Positions 19,825 through 30,428 of a DNA stretch of 64,000 nt are shown here, one piece after another. The DNA lies in NCBI GenBank assembly GCA_044221725.1, contig JBGAON010000002.1, positions 576,001 through 640,000 on the forward strand. The letters are read 5' to 3'. The notes below the pieces were generated by a model. That model did not search any database. It was not told the DNA's origin and was given only the letters and a program-made list of their open reading frames with translations. The position numbers and the translations under genes were made by a program. Origin of the DNA: Elusimicrobiota bacterium. Its GTDB lineage: Bacteria > Elusimicrobiota > Elusimicrobia > F11. How positions within the stretch are numbered: position 1 is the first letter of the stretch; each line of letters starts with the position of its first letter.

Positions 19825-20816
19825 GATTTGCGGATCCGGCATATCTCTGGCTGCTGCTCGCGGTACCGGTGATGGTCGTCTACCTCGTGTTTCTGCGCGA
19901 AAAAGACATTCCAACGCTGACCTTCTCTTCGTTCGCGTCCCTTTCAAATTTAAGGAAAGGAATAGAACTCCGCTCCTGGACGCTTGTGCCCGGCACAATA
20001 AAGATTGCGGCGTTTGTACTGATGGTGCTGGCCATGGCGCGCCCACAGAAAGGATTGCGGTCCGAAGAAATGACCACGAAAGCGACCGACATCATGATTT
20101 GTTTGGATGCGTCCCGCTCGATGCTCGCGATTGACTTTAAACCCGACAACCGGTTTCACGTCGCGAAAGGCGTGGTCGAAGATTTCATAAAGGGACGCGA
20201 GCAAGACCGGCTGGGCTTGGTGCTCTTCGCCGAATACGCAATAACGCAGTGCCCGCTCACAACCGACAAGTCGGCGCTGCTCACCATCCTTGAGTCGTTG
20301 CAAGTCGGATCGATTTCACCCGACCAAACCGCAATTGGCGTTGGGCTTGCCACCTGCGTTAACCGGCTCAAAAATTCCAAAGCGAAAAGCAAAGTGATCA
20401 TTCTCGTAACCGATGGCGCCAACAACGCCGGGAACATCGATCCCATCACGGCCGCCAAAACAGCGGCCGCGTTCGGGATTAAGATTTATTCCATTGGTGC
20501 GGGCACCACCGGCGAAACGATGATGCCCGTCGATGATCCGAACTTTGGTCGGCGACTGGTGCCGATTCAGAGCGATCTCAACGAAGACGAATTGCTGCGG
20601 ATCGCCAGCGAATCCAACGGAAAATATTACCGCGCGAAGTCGGAGGGGGCGCTGAAAGAGATATTCAAAGAAATCGATTCGCTTGAGAAAACCGACATCA
20701 AGATAAAAGAATTTGTCGATTACAAAGAATTGTATTGGCCGTTTCTTATCTCAGCGGCTCTGCTGCTCATGATCGAAGCGGTTTTGATTAAAACGCAGTT
20801 CCGGACATTGCCATGA
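19821..20816 (+). CDS. batA: VWA domain protein BatA
   Basis: N-terminal MRFADP..LWLL, ARPQ, MIDAS DASRS, TAIG, LVTDG. Confidence 0.9.
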   Translation: MRFADPAYLWLLLAVPVMVVYLVFLREKDIPTLTFSSFASLSNLRKGIELRSWTLVPGTIKIAAFVLMVLAMARPQKGLRSEEMTTKATDIMICLDASRSMLAIDFKPDNRFHVAKGVVEDFIKGREQDRLGLVLFAEYAITQCPLTTDKSALLTILESLQVGSISPDQTAIGVGLATCVNRLKNSKAKSKVIILVTDGANNAGNIDPITAAKTAAAFGIKIYSIGAGTTGETMMPVDDPNFGRRLVPIQSDLNEDELLRIASESNGKYYRAKSEGALKEIFKEIDSLEKTDIKIKEFVDYKELYWPFLISAALLLMIEAVLIKTQFRTLP

Positions 20817-22570
20817 ATTTTCATTATTCCGAATCTTTTTATCTGCTTATTCCATTCGCGATCGTGATCGGTTTGTTTTTGTGGTCGCGTTGGCAGCGGC
20901 TGCGGGAATTGGCGAGGCTGGGCGACTGGCGTCTTGTAAAGCAGTTGGTGCCAATCGCGGCGATCAAGCGTCGCCGCAACAAAGATCTCATCGCGCTCGT
21001 GGTGTTGTTCTTGGTGATTCTGGCCGCCGCCGGCCCGCAGTTTGGCAGCAAACTCAAAGAGGTGAAACAACGCGGCGTGGACGTGTTTATCGCGATGGAT
21101 ACCTCACGCAGCATGCTGGCCGAAGACGTGCCGCCCACGCGCCTCGAACGCGCGAAACGAGCGCTCGGCGTGCTCATCGATAAACTGCAGGGCAACCGAA
21201 TCGGCATCATTGCTTTTGCGAAACGTGCGGTGATTCAGTGTCCGCTTACCTCCGACACCGACGCAGCGCGCATGTTTCTGGAAGTCCTCGACGATAAGGC
21301 GGTGCCCGAACAGGGAACCTCGATTGGTGACGCAATTCGGCTCGCGCTCGAAAGCTTTCCAAAAGACGACAAGAGCGGCCGTGCGATCGTGCTGCTGACC
21401 GACGGCGAAGATCATTCTTCGGATCCGACGGGCGCCGCGAAGGAAGCAAAGAAGCAAGGCGTGGTTCTCTTCACGATTGGCATCGGCACGAGCAAAGGAG
21501 AAGTGATTAAGGACAGGGACGAAAACGGCAAGGTGGTGTCGTTTCACAAATACAACGGAGAAATGGTGATGAGCCGAATGGACGACGGCTTGCTGAACGA
21601 GATCGCCACGCTTACAAACGGTCGTTATTACCGTGCCAGCTCCACCGATGCCGAGATCGATGAGATCGCCGACGCGCTAAACGGCTTCGACAAAAAAGAG
21701 TTCGCCTCAAAAATATACGAACGGTTGCAGGAGCGTTATCAGATTGTGCTGTTGCTCGCGCTGTTGCTGCTGCTTATTGAATTCTTCTTCGCCGAGAATC
21801 CCGGGCAAGGAGGCCGTGTGTATCGTTTTCTAAATCAGTCCGTCCACTTGATACCGAAAAGGCGGCAGACCGCCGCGAGCATCGTCGCCGTGCTTCTTGT
21901 CTTCCCAGCGATCGTGCACGCCGATTATAAAGATCACGTTCGAGAGGGGAACAAATTGTTGCGCAAAGGAAAACCCACCGAAGCGCGCGCCGCATTTGAA
22001 CAAGCGCGCATCGATTTGCCCGAAGCGCCATTCTTGCCGTACAACATTGCAGCGACGTATTACTTGGAAGGAAATTTTGACGAGGCGAAGAAACAATACG
22101 AATTGGCCTCGTCGCTCACACAAAACCCTGCCCTCAAATCAAAAATTGCCTACAACATGGGACACCTGTTGTTTAATTCGGGGCAATCGGCGCAAGCGAT
22201 TGAAAAATTTAAAGAGTGTCTGAAGTTGAATCCCAAAGATGTGGACGCAAAATATAATATTGAGTACATCCAAGCCGGCAAGAAACCGAAGAATCCACCG
22301 CCGCAGCAACAAAAGAAAGATGGGAAAGGCGGCGACAAACAGCAGCAACAAGGAAAAGAAGGACAAAAGGGTTCGGAGGAGAACAAGCAAGATTCGAATT
22401 CAAACGGTGATCAGAAAAAGCCCGGCGATATGTCCAAAGAGAACGCCGAACGCGTGCTGCAAATGATGAAAGATCAGGAATCCGAAAAAATGAGAGACGC
22501 ACAGATTCCAAAGGTCGGCCTCAAAAAACCCAAAGATAAAAAAGACGAGCAAGGCGGCGAAGACTGGTGA
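20813..22570 (+). CDS. BatB (VWA) fused to BatC-like TPR domain with Q/K-rich tail
   Basis: DTSRSM, LTDGE, then TPRs (YNIA.., AYNMG.., AKYN), low-complexity linker, terminal DW. Confidence 0.85.
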   Translation: MNFHYSESFYLLIPFAIVIGLFLWSRWQRLRELARLGDWRLVKQLVPIAAIKRRRNKDLIALVVLFLVILAAAGPQFGSKLKEVKQRGVDVFIAMDTSRSMLAEDVPPTRLERAKRALGVLIDKLQGNRIGIIAFAKRAVIQCPLTSDTDAARMFLEVLDDKAVPEQGTSIGDAIRLALESFPKDDKSGRAIVLLTDGEDHSSDPTGAAKEAKKQGVVLFTIGIGTSKGEVIKDRDENGKVVSFHKYNGEMVMSRMDDGLLNEIATLTNGRYYRASSTDAEIDEIADALNGFDKKEFASKIYERLQERYQIVLLLALLLLLIEFFFAENPGQGGRVYRFLNQSVHLIPKRRQTAASIVAVLLVFPAIVHADYKDHVREGNKLLRKGKPTEARAAFEQARIDLPEAPFLPYNIAATYYLEGNFDEAKKQYELASSLTQNPALKSKIAYNMGHLLFNSGQSAQAIEKFKECLKLNPKDVDAKYNIEYIQAGKKPKNPPPQQQKKDGKGGDKQQQQGKEGQKGSEENKQDSNSNGDQKKPGDMSKENAERVLQMMKDQESEKMRDAQIPKVGLKKPKDKKDEQGGEDW

Positions 22571-24408
22571 GAAACATTCGTTTGAAACAAATTCGTTCAA
22601 AAATTTTCTTTTCCGTCGTCCTGTGTCTCAGCCCGTTCGTTCACGCCGCAGAGCCCACCGTCACGGCGCGTGTGAGCGCCACCGACATGACGATCAATAG
22701 CCAGATCACTCTCGCACTCGAGGTGTCCGGCGTGAGCAATGTGAATGGTTCGCCGAATCTTTCTTTACCGGACTTTAGTGTACAAGCCGCGGGACAGACA
22801 AGTTCGTACCAGTGGGTCAACGGTCAAACGTCTTCGCTTGTTACGTTCAATTATGTGTTAACGCCCACGAAAACAGGCACGTTGCAAATTCCATCGTTAA
22901 CGTTGGATATCAACGGAAAAGGATACAGTTCGCAACCGATCACGATCAATGTTCGACCCGACAATTCGGGAGCAGCCACGGCCTCTCAATCGAACTCCAA
23001 CAGGGATGCGGGCTCGCGCCAAGTGCAGGTTCCGGCGGAAGGTTTGAAACCGCTCTTCATGACAGCTACCGTGGACAACGAAAAGGCTTATGTTGGCCAA
23101 CAGATTCTTTTGAAGATTCAGTTTTTGAAACGGCCCGACGTGCGATTCGCTTCCCAAGCGCGCTATTCCGAACCCGAGATGACCGGCTTTTTGGTGGAGC
23201 CGCTCGACAAACAAGAATACACCACCACGATCAACGGCGCGCGCTACGATGTCACCGAACTTCCGTACGCGCTGTTCCCGACATCGGACGGTGAGTTTGC
23301 GATCGGAAGCGCTCACATTGAATTGGCGGTGCGTTCGGAGCCCGATCCGTTTGATCCGAATAGTTTTTTCCAAAGCTTCTTTGGCAAAACGGATGTCGCA
23401 CGACTCAGCACGCGCGCGATTCCCATTCGCGTGCGTTCGCTGCCCGCCAACAAACCGATCAACTTTTCGGGCGCGGTCGGACGTTTTAAAATAAACGCGA
23501 AAGTGGACACGAACCAGCCGGAGGTGGGGAAACCGTTCAATCTCACGTTAACCGTGGAAGGTGTCGGAAATATCAAAACGGTCAAGGAACCCTTCTTGCC
23601 GGATTTGCGCGGATTCCGTCGCTACGAATCAATCTCCTCCTCGAAACTTTCCAAAGAAGGCAAATTTATTCACGGCAGCAAAGAATTCAAAATCCTCGTA
23701 ATTCCGCAAGTCTCTGGGCAACTCACTATACCGTCCGCATCCTTTTCGTATTTTAATCCCGCGAAAGGCGATTACGAGACCGAAACCACACAGGAAATTT
23801 CTCTGCAAGTGAAACCCGGAAATTTAAGCCAGGCCGACCAAGAAGCGCGTCCGCAACAGCCGACGGCCGGCCAAGCGACGGAAGGCGTGCGTGTCATGGA
23901 AAAAGATATTCGGTTTCTTAAACCCGGACGCGTCCAACCAATGACGAACCCGTTCTATCGGCGGCCCACTTTCTTGTTGTTCAATCTTATTCCACCGCTG
24001 TTCGCGTTCGTCGCGTTTCTGTCGCGACGTCAGTCGTTGTTGCGTGTGGAGCGGGCCGCCGAATATCGTTCGCGCGGGGCGTTAAAAACAGCGCGCAAGC
24101 AGCTCGCCGTTGCGAAGAAAAGAATGGCCGCTCTCGACGCCGTCTCCTTTTATAGCAGCATCCACGCCGCTGTGGCCGGTTATCTTGCGGACAAATTATC
24201 GTTGTCCGCCTCCGGGCTCATTTGGGATACCGTCGACCAACAATTGGCCAACAAAAAAGTGGAATCGCAGCTGCGCTCGGAAATTCGCGAAATTTTTGAT
24301 CAAGCTGACATGGCACGCTTCGCCACCTCGTCCTTCTCGGACGAATCACGCGATATTGCGCTTAACCATGCGGACAAAGTGCTGGCATTATTGGACGACG
24401 TGCTATGA
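22567..24408 (+). CDS. batD: BatD family protein
   Basis: Signal peptide, repeated beta-sandwich domains, FSGAVG, C-terminal TM; operon position. Confidence 0.85.
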   Translation: MRNIRLKQIRSKIFFSVVLCLSPFVHAAEPTVTARVSATDMTINSQITLALEVSGVSNVNGSPNLSLPDFSVQAAGQTSSYQWVNGQTSSLVTFNYVLTPTKTGTLQIPSLTLDINGKGYSSQPITINVRPDNSGAATASQSNSNRDAGSRQVQVPAEGLKPLFMTATVDNEKAYVGQQILLKIQFLKRPDVRFASQARYSEPEMTGFLVEPLDKQEYTTTINGARYDVTELPYALFPTSDGEFAIGSAHIELAVRSEPDPFDPNSFFQSFFGKTDVARLSTRAIPIRVRSLPANKPINFSGAVGRFKINAKVDTNQPEVGKPFNLTLTVEGVGNIKTVKEPFLPDLRGFRRYESISSSKLSKEGKFIHGSKEFKILVIPQVSGQLTIPSASFSYFNPAKGDYETETTQEISLQVKPGNLSQADQEARPQQPTAGQATEGVRVMEKDIRFLKPGRVQPMTNPFYRRPTFLLFNLIPPLFAFVAFLSRRQSLLRVERAAEYRSRGALKTARKQLAVAKKRMAALDAVSFYSSIHAAVAGYLADKLSLSASGLIWDTVDQQLANKKVESQLRSEIREIFDQADMARFATSSFSDESRDIALNHADKVLALLDDVL

Positions 24409-25160
24409 AGAAAATTCTCCTCGTAACAATCCTTCTGGGATTTGCGGGAATCACCTGGAGCGCCGAAAACCCGACGCCCACCGAACGGTTTACGCAAGCG
24501 AACCAAGCGCTCGAGAAAGGCGATCTTGAAAAAGCGAACGAACTTTACGACGCACTCGTGGCGCAAGGCTTTGAAAGCGCCGAACTTTATTACAACCTGG
24601 GAAATCTGTATTACCGAAAAGGGGAGCGCGGCAAAGCGGTTCTTTGGTACGAACGCGCGGAACGCCTGGCGCCACGCGACGCTGATATCCAATTCAATTT
24701 GAAGCTCGCTCGCTCGCACATCAAAGATGACGAGGGAAATGCTCTACGAAAAACCTTCCTTTATTTCACGGACAATGAACTGAGCGTCGTTCTCGTGGTG
24801 TTGGTTTGGATTTTTTTCGGAATTCTTGGCGGACGCACCATCGGCTGGATCAAGGCGGAAGTTTGGCCAACCACAGCATTGTGGTTCAGCGGAGTCATGC
24901 TGCTCATGGTGGGAGCTTGGTTCGGCGTGGCGCTCGCGATGGGCCGTGAACCCATCGGTGTTGTCATCAATCCTCCCGGAGAGGTGCGCAACGGTCCCGG
25001 TCCGGATTACGCCGTCGGATTTACAATTCCGGAAGGCAGTGATGTGGTTCTTCTTAATCGACGACCAGACTGGACTCAGGTGGGCGTGCCGAATCAGGGA
25101 CTTAAAGGTTGGATGCCCAACAGCGATCTTGAAGCGGTAAAGATTACTCCTTCTTCGTAA
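24405..25160 (+). CDS. batE: BatE-like TPR plus SH3 protein
   Basis: YYNLGNLYY..YERA..PRDADIQFNL, two TMs, SH3-like tail ending GWMP. Confidence 0.85.
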   Translation: MKKILLVTILLGFAGITWSAENPTPTERFTQANQALEKGDLEKANELYDALVAQGFESAELYYNLGNLYYRKGERGKAVLWYERAERLAPRDADIQFNLKLARSHIKDDEGNALRKTFLYFTDNELSVVLVVLVWIFFGILGGRTIGWIKAEVWPTTALWFSGVMLLMVGAWFGVALAMGREPIGVVINPPGEVRNGPGPDYAVGFTIPEGSDVVLLNRRPDWTQVGVPNQGLKGWMPNSDLEAVKITPSS

Positions 25161-27273
25161 GACTCACATCCATCGACTGAACCCAGCCTTGGGTTTTGCC
25201 CAGATCGATTTTGTACCACTCGCCCGAAATCTCAATCACCTGATAAATCGTCGGGGGATTAATCTGCTGAAGCATCTTTGCGGCGATGGATGGCCGACTG
25301 TACACGCCGACACCTTTCACGGTCGCCTTTGCCCACTCCGCTCGAAATTCGGATTTTTTACCGCGCTGACTCATGGGCAGACGCGGCGTTTCCAATTGCG
25401 ACGGTTGTTTAACCTCGGCCAGACGCAAATCCAATCCGCGGGCCCAGCCTGTCACACCGGAGCGAATCTGCAGCAGGAACCAACGGTCGGAATCGACTTT
25501 TTCTGATTTGATCGCCATGTAAGCGGTTTCGCTCGCCAACGTTCCGACTTCTTTAGCGCGATCGGAGGGTTTGTCAAAGTACGGTGCGTTTTCCGTAGCG
25601 GCTTCAAAATAGGTGGATTCTTTGCGAGCGCCTTCAATGTTTTCATGCGCTTGCGTCGGTGGCTCGGCTGCCGGCGTCACGCCTTGCGGAGAAAGATTAA
25701 AGATCGAAAGATTTTTTCCGTTCGCCCAGCCTTCGCCCTTTTTCGACTTCACTTGATACCACTTGTCTTCTCCAATCAACATTTCAAAATCGGCTTTGCC
25801 CTTGGTTCCCACGGGCAGCGATACACCGGTCGGCCCCTCCCCAGGATTTTGGAACAGTGGCACGTTTTGTTTTTTCACTTCAAACACAATGTCGACATAA
25901 TTCATCAGCGACCGTGTTTTCGGCGCCTCCTCGAGCACTGGAGGATTTGTGTCTTCGGGCCGCTCGGTGGCGGCGGGTTTTGTTTCCACGGCCGTCGGTT
26001 CGGTCGGAACCTGTTCGTGGGTGCCCGGTACCGGGAAATTTCGCGGCGGAATCTTCGTCACCGGGGATGGTGGCGGTGCGACCACTGCCGGAGACACCAT
26101 CGCAATCCGCGTTGGCTTCTTTTTTGGTTCCGCTTGCACCGGTTCTTGTTTCTTTTCTTCCACGGGAGCGGAGACAATAGCTTTCGCTTTCTCCGCCTCG
26201 GCTTTCGCCAGAATCTGTTGCCTCAATTGCTCTTGCCGCTGAATCTTTTCACGGCGCTCCATCGCGACGCGAATTTGTTCATCCCGACCTCGTTTGCGCT
26301 CGGCGAGCAAGCGCTCGTCTTCCTCCGACACTTTTAGTTGGCGGGGATACGGAGCACGCGCAAGGCCCAACGCCACCATAGCACGCTGCTCTTTCGTCAG
26401 TGACTCGGAACGCATTTCATGGTTGAGATAAACGAGCGCGTTGTCATAGCCGAGACGCGCCAACACAACCGCGATCGGCAGTCGCAGAGTGGGCCAGCTG
26501 GGCTTCTTATAATAAGGAAGAAGTTGCTCGCGCGCATTCTCCGGCTCGGATACAGCGCGAATGTTCAAAAGCGCCTCTTCGATGGCCAATTGCCCTTTCG
26601 GATCTTTCTCTACGGCAAACCGCGGAATTAACAGGAACAATGCATCTTCGGCCATGACATCGGAAACCCAGTTGCATGCGTGGCGTCGCACCAGCAGATC
26701 CGGGACCTGCAACATGAACGCGAACACCACCTCAGCGTACGCGCGAACCAACGGTTGACGCACCCCTCCCTGCTCGCGAATCTTCTTAATAATTTCATCC
26801 AACAGCGGAGCCTCCTCGTCATAGAGCCCAAGCAAGCCGCCCTTCGGGAGTTCGTTAAGAAACGGTTGCACCCAATCACTTGACTGTTCGAACTTTAGGA
26901 TCGCACGCAAGGCGCGAATGCGTTGGTCCTCAGAAAATCGCGAATCGATCGCGATGTCGAGCAACGGAGTGGCTTTCCGTTGGTTGATGTAGGTGGCCAA
27001 ACGGACGTTGAACATAAATTCCTGGTCGGCAGGCATATTCACAAAACCGAGATCGATTTTCGTAAACCGATAGACCGGTGTTGTTATCTTGCTGTAGAGA
27101 AGCGTTAAACCATTCACGGCGGGATCGACGCCTTTGTCCACGATGGTTTGCAGCGGAGAAATCGTGTTGTACAAGAATCCGAACGCAATCATCGCGCCCA
27201 TCACCGTCAAATCGCGGACGGATTTTCCGTATCGGTCAATAGCGGTTGGTGTGTAATAACGTCCCGGTTGCAC
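25144..27273 (-). CDS. Membrane-anchored protein with HEAT-like repeats, coiled coil, Pro-rich linker and three SH3b-like domains
   Basis: Three repeats with W(Y/F)...GW (KWYQV..EGW, RWFLL..TGW, EWYKI..QGW). Confidence 0.7.
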   Translation of the reverse strand: MQPGRYYTPTAIDRYGKSVRDLTVMGAMIAFGFLYNTISPLQTIVDKGVDPAVNGLTLLYSKITTPVYRFTKIDLGFVNMPADQEFMFNVRLATYINQRKATPLLDIAIDSRFSEDQRIRALRAILKFEQSSDWVQPFLNELPKGGLLGLYDEEAPLLDEIIKKIREQGGVRQPLVRAYAEVVFAFMLQVPDLLVRRHACNWVSDVMAEDALFLLIPRFAVEKDPKGQLAIEEALLNIRAVSEPENAREQLLPYYKKPSWPTLRLPIAVVLARLGYDNALVYLNHEMRSESLTKEQRAMVALGLARAPYPRQLKVSEEDERLLAERKRGRDEQIRVAMERREKIQRQEQLRQQILAKAEAEKAKAIVSAPVEEKKQEPVQAEPKKKPTRIAMVSPAVVAPPPSPVTKIPPRNFPVPGTHEQVPTEPTAVETKPAATERPEDTNPPVLEEAPKTRSLMNYVDIVFEVKKQNVPLFQNPGEGPTGVSLPVGTKGKADFEMLIGEDKWYQVKSKKGEGWANGKNLSIFNLSPQGVTPAAEPPTQAHENIEGARKESTYFEAATENAPYFDKPSDRAKEVGTLASETAYMAIKSEKVDSDRWFLLQIRSGVTGWARGLDLRLAEVKQPSQLETPRLPMSQRGKKSEFRAEWAKATVKGVGVYSRPSIAAKMLQQINPPTIYQVIEISGEWYKIDLGKTQGWVQSMDVSLTKKE

Positions 27274-27305
27274 GCATTAAATGTAACTGGGAACAGACGG
27301 ATTTT

Positions 27306-28091
27306 TCAGGGCTTTTTGGAAGGAATTCTGATCGTTTCGAAGACACCCAAGCACAGCACCTCGGCCAATGTCGAATGGTTTTTCAATCCGCTCGCTGAAA
27401 CCGAACACAAGTAACGTTTTTCTTTTATGCCGAAGAGCGCCGTTTGATAGAGGGGAACCCAGAATCGTTTTAGCACCAAGTTCGACCAGATGCCGTGGCC
27501 GCCACTCATCAATTTCGCCGGACGCGTGGAGAACTGGAAAAGTCTCTTTTGTTTTTTGCTGGCGGACGAGAATGTCTTCACCATTTCTTCCAAGTACTGA
27601 GACGGTTTCTTCGGAATGTTCTCAAGCTCGCGAACACGGACCGTTAACTCAGAAACGCCCATGTATTGACTCCGGTCGCTCGGGTGCAACCGCACCCCCG
27701 CCTCCGTGGGAGAATGGATACCTTCAACGGCCCAACCGGTGGGCACCCGCAGCTCAAAAATTCCAGCGGGATCACGATAGTGCTGAGAAAGCCGTGGGAA
27801 TGTGAGAGACCGGTCAGATAAATGCGAGAGGAAAAGGGATTGAAGCACGAACGCGATGAGCAATAGACATACGTGCACACAAATGCTGACGACCGGGGCC
27901 GCCGAGATAGGAATGTTGCGTGAACGAGATTGAAAAATAGATACAAATGCAAAAACGAGGCCACATCCGGATGCAATATAAACACCGACCGGTCCCACGC
28001 CAATGCACAGTCCGACCGATAAAAAAATTGCGCTGATGGAGATGCCGAGCCAAACGGAAGTTGGCTTTTTGGAAATTTCTAGACCGGTCAT
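27306..28091 (-). CDS. Hypothetical membrane protein with a PsbP/DcrB-like soluble domain
   Basis: Three N-terminal hydrophobic segments; YRDP..FELRVPTGW motif. Confidence 0.6.
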   Translation of the reverse strand: MTGLEISKKPTSVWLGISISAIFLSVGLCIGVGPVGVYIASGCGLVFAFVSIFQSRSRNIPISAAPVVSICVHVCLLLIAFVLQSLFLSHLSDRSLTFPRLSQHYRDPAGIFELRVPTGWAVEGIHSPTEAGVRLHPSDRSQYMGVSELTVRVRELENIPKKPSQYLEEMVKTFSSASKKQKRLFQFSTRPAKLMSGGHGIWSNLVLKRFWVPLYQTALFGIKEKRYLCSVSASGLKNHSTLAEVLCLGVFETIRIPSKKP

Positions 28092-28140
28092 TTCTTAGTG
28101 AAGTTTACCGGATACCGACGAAAAAAGTAACATTACGCTA

Positions 28141-28821
28141 ATGTTTAACATGCAACAAATGAAAAAGCTATTCCAAAAGATCCAAGTGGTTCGCTCGCCA
28201 AAACATCGTCTCTCCACGTTTGGAGACTCCCGAATTCAATACCGATTGGTGACAGAAGTACCCGGCTTGGCCGACCGCTCGCGACTGCGCGTGGGCATTG
28301 TCACCGCGCAGAAACCCACGATCATTACCGCGCAAGCGTTCAAAGATCAGTTTCAAGGTTTTGGGGACGACGTGCGCGATTACGTGGACACGCTGATTAG
28401 CCAGTACGGCAAAGCGCTTCGCGGTCTCGAGTATCAATTTAAGAATGAAATGGTATCGACGCACGTCGAGCTGACCCCGCCGGAGGAATATATGGCGCGT
28501 CTCACAAAAGAATTTGATCGCGCCGAAGAATACAACCAGGCATTGATCAAAGGCACCGACAAGACCTGGGAACTGTCAATAATGAAATTCATTGTTGAAG
28601 AAACGATGGCATCGTTCCAATCAAACGTTCAGGAGCTGCAAGATCGTGGCTTTTTCGACGGCGATGAACGCATTCACCGTCAGCGGCGCCGCGAAATTGA
28701 GACTCTTCTAAAAGTGGCCCGAAAGGATCGCAGCGCGATTCCGGTGCTCGGTGCAAAACTCAAACAGTACGCGCTTTTTGAAAAATATCAGGACGCGTTT
28801 TTCCAATTGGTTAACAAATGA
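28141..28821 (+). CDS. Hypothetical protein, coupled to ispH
   Basis: 226-aa ORF with normal composition overlapping the ispH start (ATGA). Confidence 0.7.
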   Translation: MFNMQQMKKLFQKIQVVRSPKHRLSTFGDSRIQYRLVTEVPGLADRSRLRVGIVTAQKPTIITAQAFKDQFQGFGDDVRDYVDTLISQYGKALRGLEYQFKNEMVSTHVELTPPEEYMARLTKEFDRAEEYNQALIKGTDKTWELSIMKFIVEETMASFQSNVQELQDRGFFDGDERIHRQRRREIETLLKVARKDRSAIPVLGAKLKQYALFEKYQDAFFQLVNK

Positions 28822-29762
28822 AAATTTTAACCGTCTCTCCGCGCGGTTTTTGCGCCGGCGTTCGCCGCGCCATCGAAATCGTGGATATGGCACTCCGGAA
28901 GTTTCCAGCTCCGATATATGTGCGCAAAGAGATCGTGCACAACAAGGCGGTCGTCGAAGACTTCAAGCGCCGTGGCGTTATTTTCATTGATGAAGTACAA
29001 GAAGCCCCGGCCGGAAGTTGCGTGATTTTTAGCGCCCACGGTATTTCACCCGAAGTGCGCACAATGTCGAAAGACCGACAACTTAAAACGATCGATGCCA
29101 CCTGCCCACTCGTCACGAAAGTCCACCTCGAAGTTCACCGCTTTTTGAGAGAAGGTTATTCGCTGCTCTTAATAGGTCATAAACAACACGATGAGGTTGT
29201 GGGCACGATGGGGGAAGCCCCGGGGAAAATACAACTCGTCGAAACGCCCGAAGACGTGGCCGCCATTTCTGTCGCGAACCCGGACCGCGTTATGGTACTG
29301 ACGCAAACCACGCTCAGCATTGACGAAACAAAAGGCATTTTGGCCGCCATCCGAGCGCGGTTTCCCAAGGCCGCAACACCGCCCAAAGACGACATTTGCT
29401 ACGCGACCCAGAACCGCCAGGACGCGGTCCGCGAACTACTAAATCACGGAATTCAGGCACTCTTGGTCGTCGGATCGAAAAACAGCTCGAATTCTCAACG
29501 ACTTTGCGACGTCGCTCGCGATGCCGGTGTAAAGGCATTTCTCATCGACCACGCCTCAGAAATTAGATCCGAATGGCTTAACGACGTAGAAACGGTGGGT
29601 CTCACCGCGGGCGCGTCGGCTCCCGAATACCTCGTGCAAGAAGTGGTCCAATCGTTAATTGACCGTTATGAAGGCGTCGTGCAGGATCTTTTTGTTAGAG
29701 AAGAAAACGTCGTTTTTTCATTGCCAAAAGAGCTGTTGGAACCCGCCTCCGCTTCGAAATAA
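28818..29762 (+). CDS. ispH: 4-hydroxy-3-methylbut-2-enyl diphosphate reductase
   Basis: PRGFCAGV, IVHN, SAHG, DATCPLV, DICYATQNRQ, NSSNS, TAGASAPE. Confidence 0.97.
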   Translation: MKILTVSPRGFCAGVRRAIEIVDMALRKFPAPIYVRKEIVHNKAVVEDFKRRGVIFIDEVQEAPAGSCVIFSAHGISPEVRTMSKDRQLKTIDATCPLVTKVHLEVHRFLREGYSLLLIGHKQHDEVVGTMGEAPGKIQLVETPEDVAAISVANPDRVMVLTQTTLSIDETKGILAAIRARFPKAATPPKDDICYATQNRQDAVRELLNHGIQALLVVGSKNSSNSQRLCDVARDAGVKAFLIDHASEIRSEWLNDVETVGLTAGASAPEYLVQEVVQSLIDRYEGVVQDLFVREENVVFSLPKELLEPASASK

Positions 29763-29857
29763 ACGCTTTCAAAGAGATCTCAGAAAAACCCTCTTGGTGT
29801 CAACGCTTTGTCACTGGCTCCCCGGTATGCTCAAGTAGATTTACCGAGGAGGGACGT

Positions 29858-30238
29858 ATGAAAAAGGTTTTGCTTTTGATCCTGACACTTTTGTTACCAA
29901 TCGCGGCGCGGGCCTCTCGCCCCGTGGGACAAATGGCGAAACCCGAGCTCGATGTACCGTACGAATTTTCAACATCCGGGGAGACGCGCCGAATCGAGTA
30001 TGGCTGCCCAATTTCAAACGAGGTAATTGAGGGAACGAAAAAAGCCGTGCTAAATCAGCTCATTTCGGAGTGCGCCGAGCAAATCAAAACCGAAGCGCAG
30101 TCAAAGCCCGAAGTCGTCGCGGTGATTCAAACGTCGCTTATAGCGCCGAACGTCACGTTCCAGCAGACAAACGGAAAACAACAGGTCAACGGCACGCTAT
30201 TTTTCGAAGCAGCCGTTTTGATAAAACCAACACGATGA
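29858..30238 (+). CDS. Small exported hypothetical protein
   Basis: GGAGG RBS upstream, signal peptide MKKVLLLILTLLLPIAARA. Confidence 0.75.
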   Translation: MKKVLLLILTLLLPIAARASRPVGQMAKPELDVPYEFSTSGETRRIEYGCPISNEVIEGTKKAVLNQLISECAEQIKTEAQSKPEVVAVIQTSLIAPNVTFQQTNGKQQVNGTLFFEAAVLIKPTR

Positions 30239-30396
30239 ACAACGACATTCTGAAACCCAAAGAAGAGAATCTGTTCTCGCTGGCAGCGGAGCTGGGGCTT
30301 GTCGTTTTTTCCACGGAGTTGCCAACGAGCGACGAACAGAAAAACATTACCGAGAATCAATCCAATACCCCCAAACCATTCTGCCAATTAACCTGA
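30235..30396 (+). CDS. Possible 53-aa small protein
   Basis: ATG overlaps the previous stop (ATGA) and its stop overlaps the probable next start. Confidence 0.35.
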   Translation: MNNDILKPKEENLFSLAAELGLVVFSTELPTSDEQKNITENQSNTPKPFCQLT

Positions 30397-30428
30397 TCCG
30401 CACACGAACCGTCATCGTTATTTTCTGT

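Noticed and set aside
16983..25160. MoxR-Bat operon as a novel system
   Set aside because: Well-described arrangement; the BatB-BatC fusion is a minor variation.
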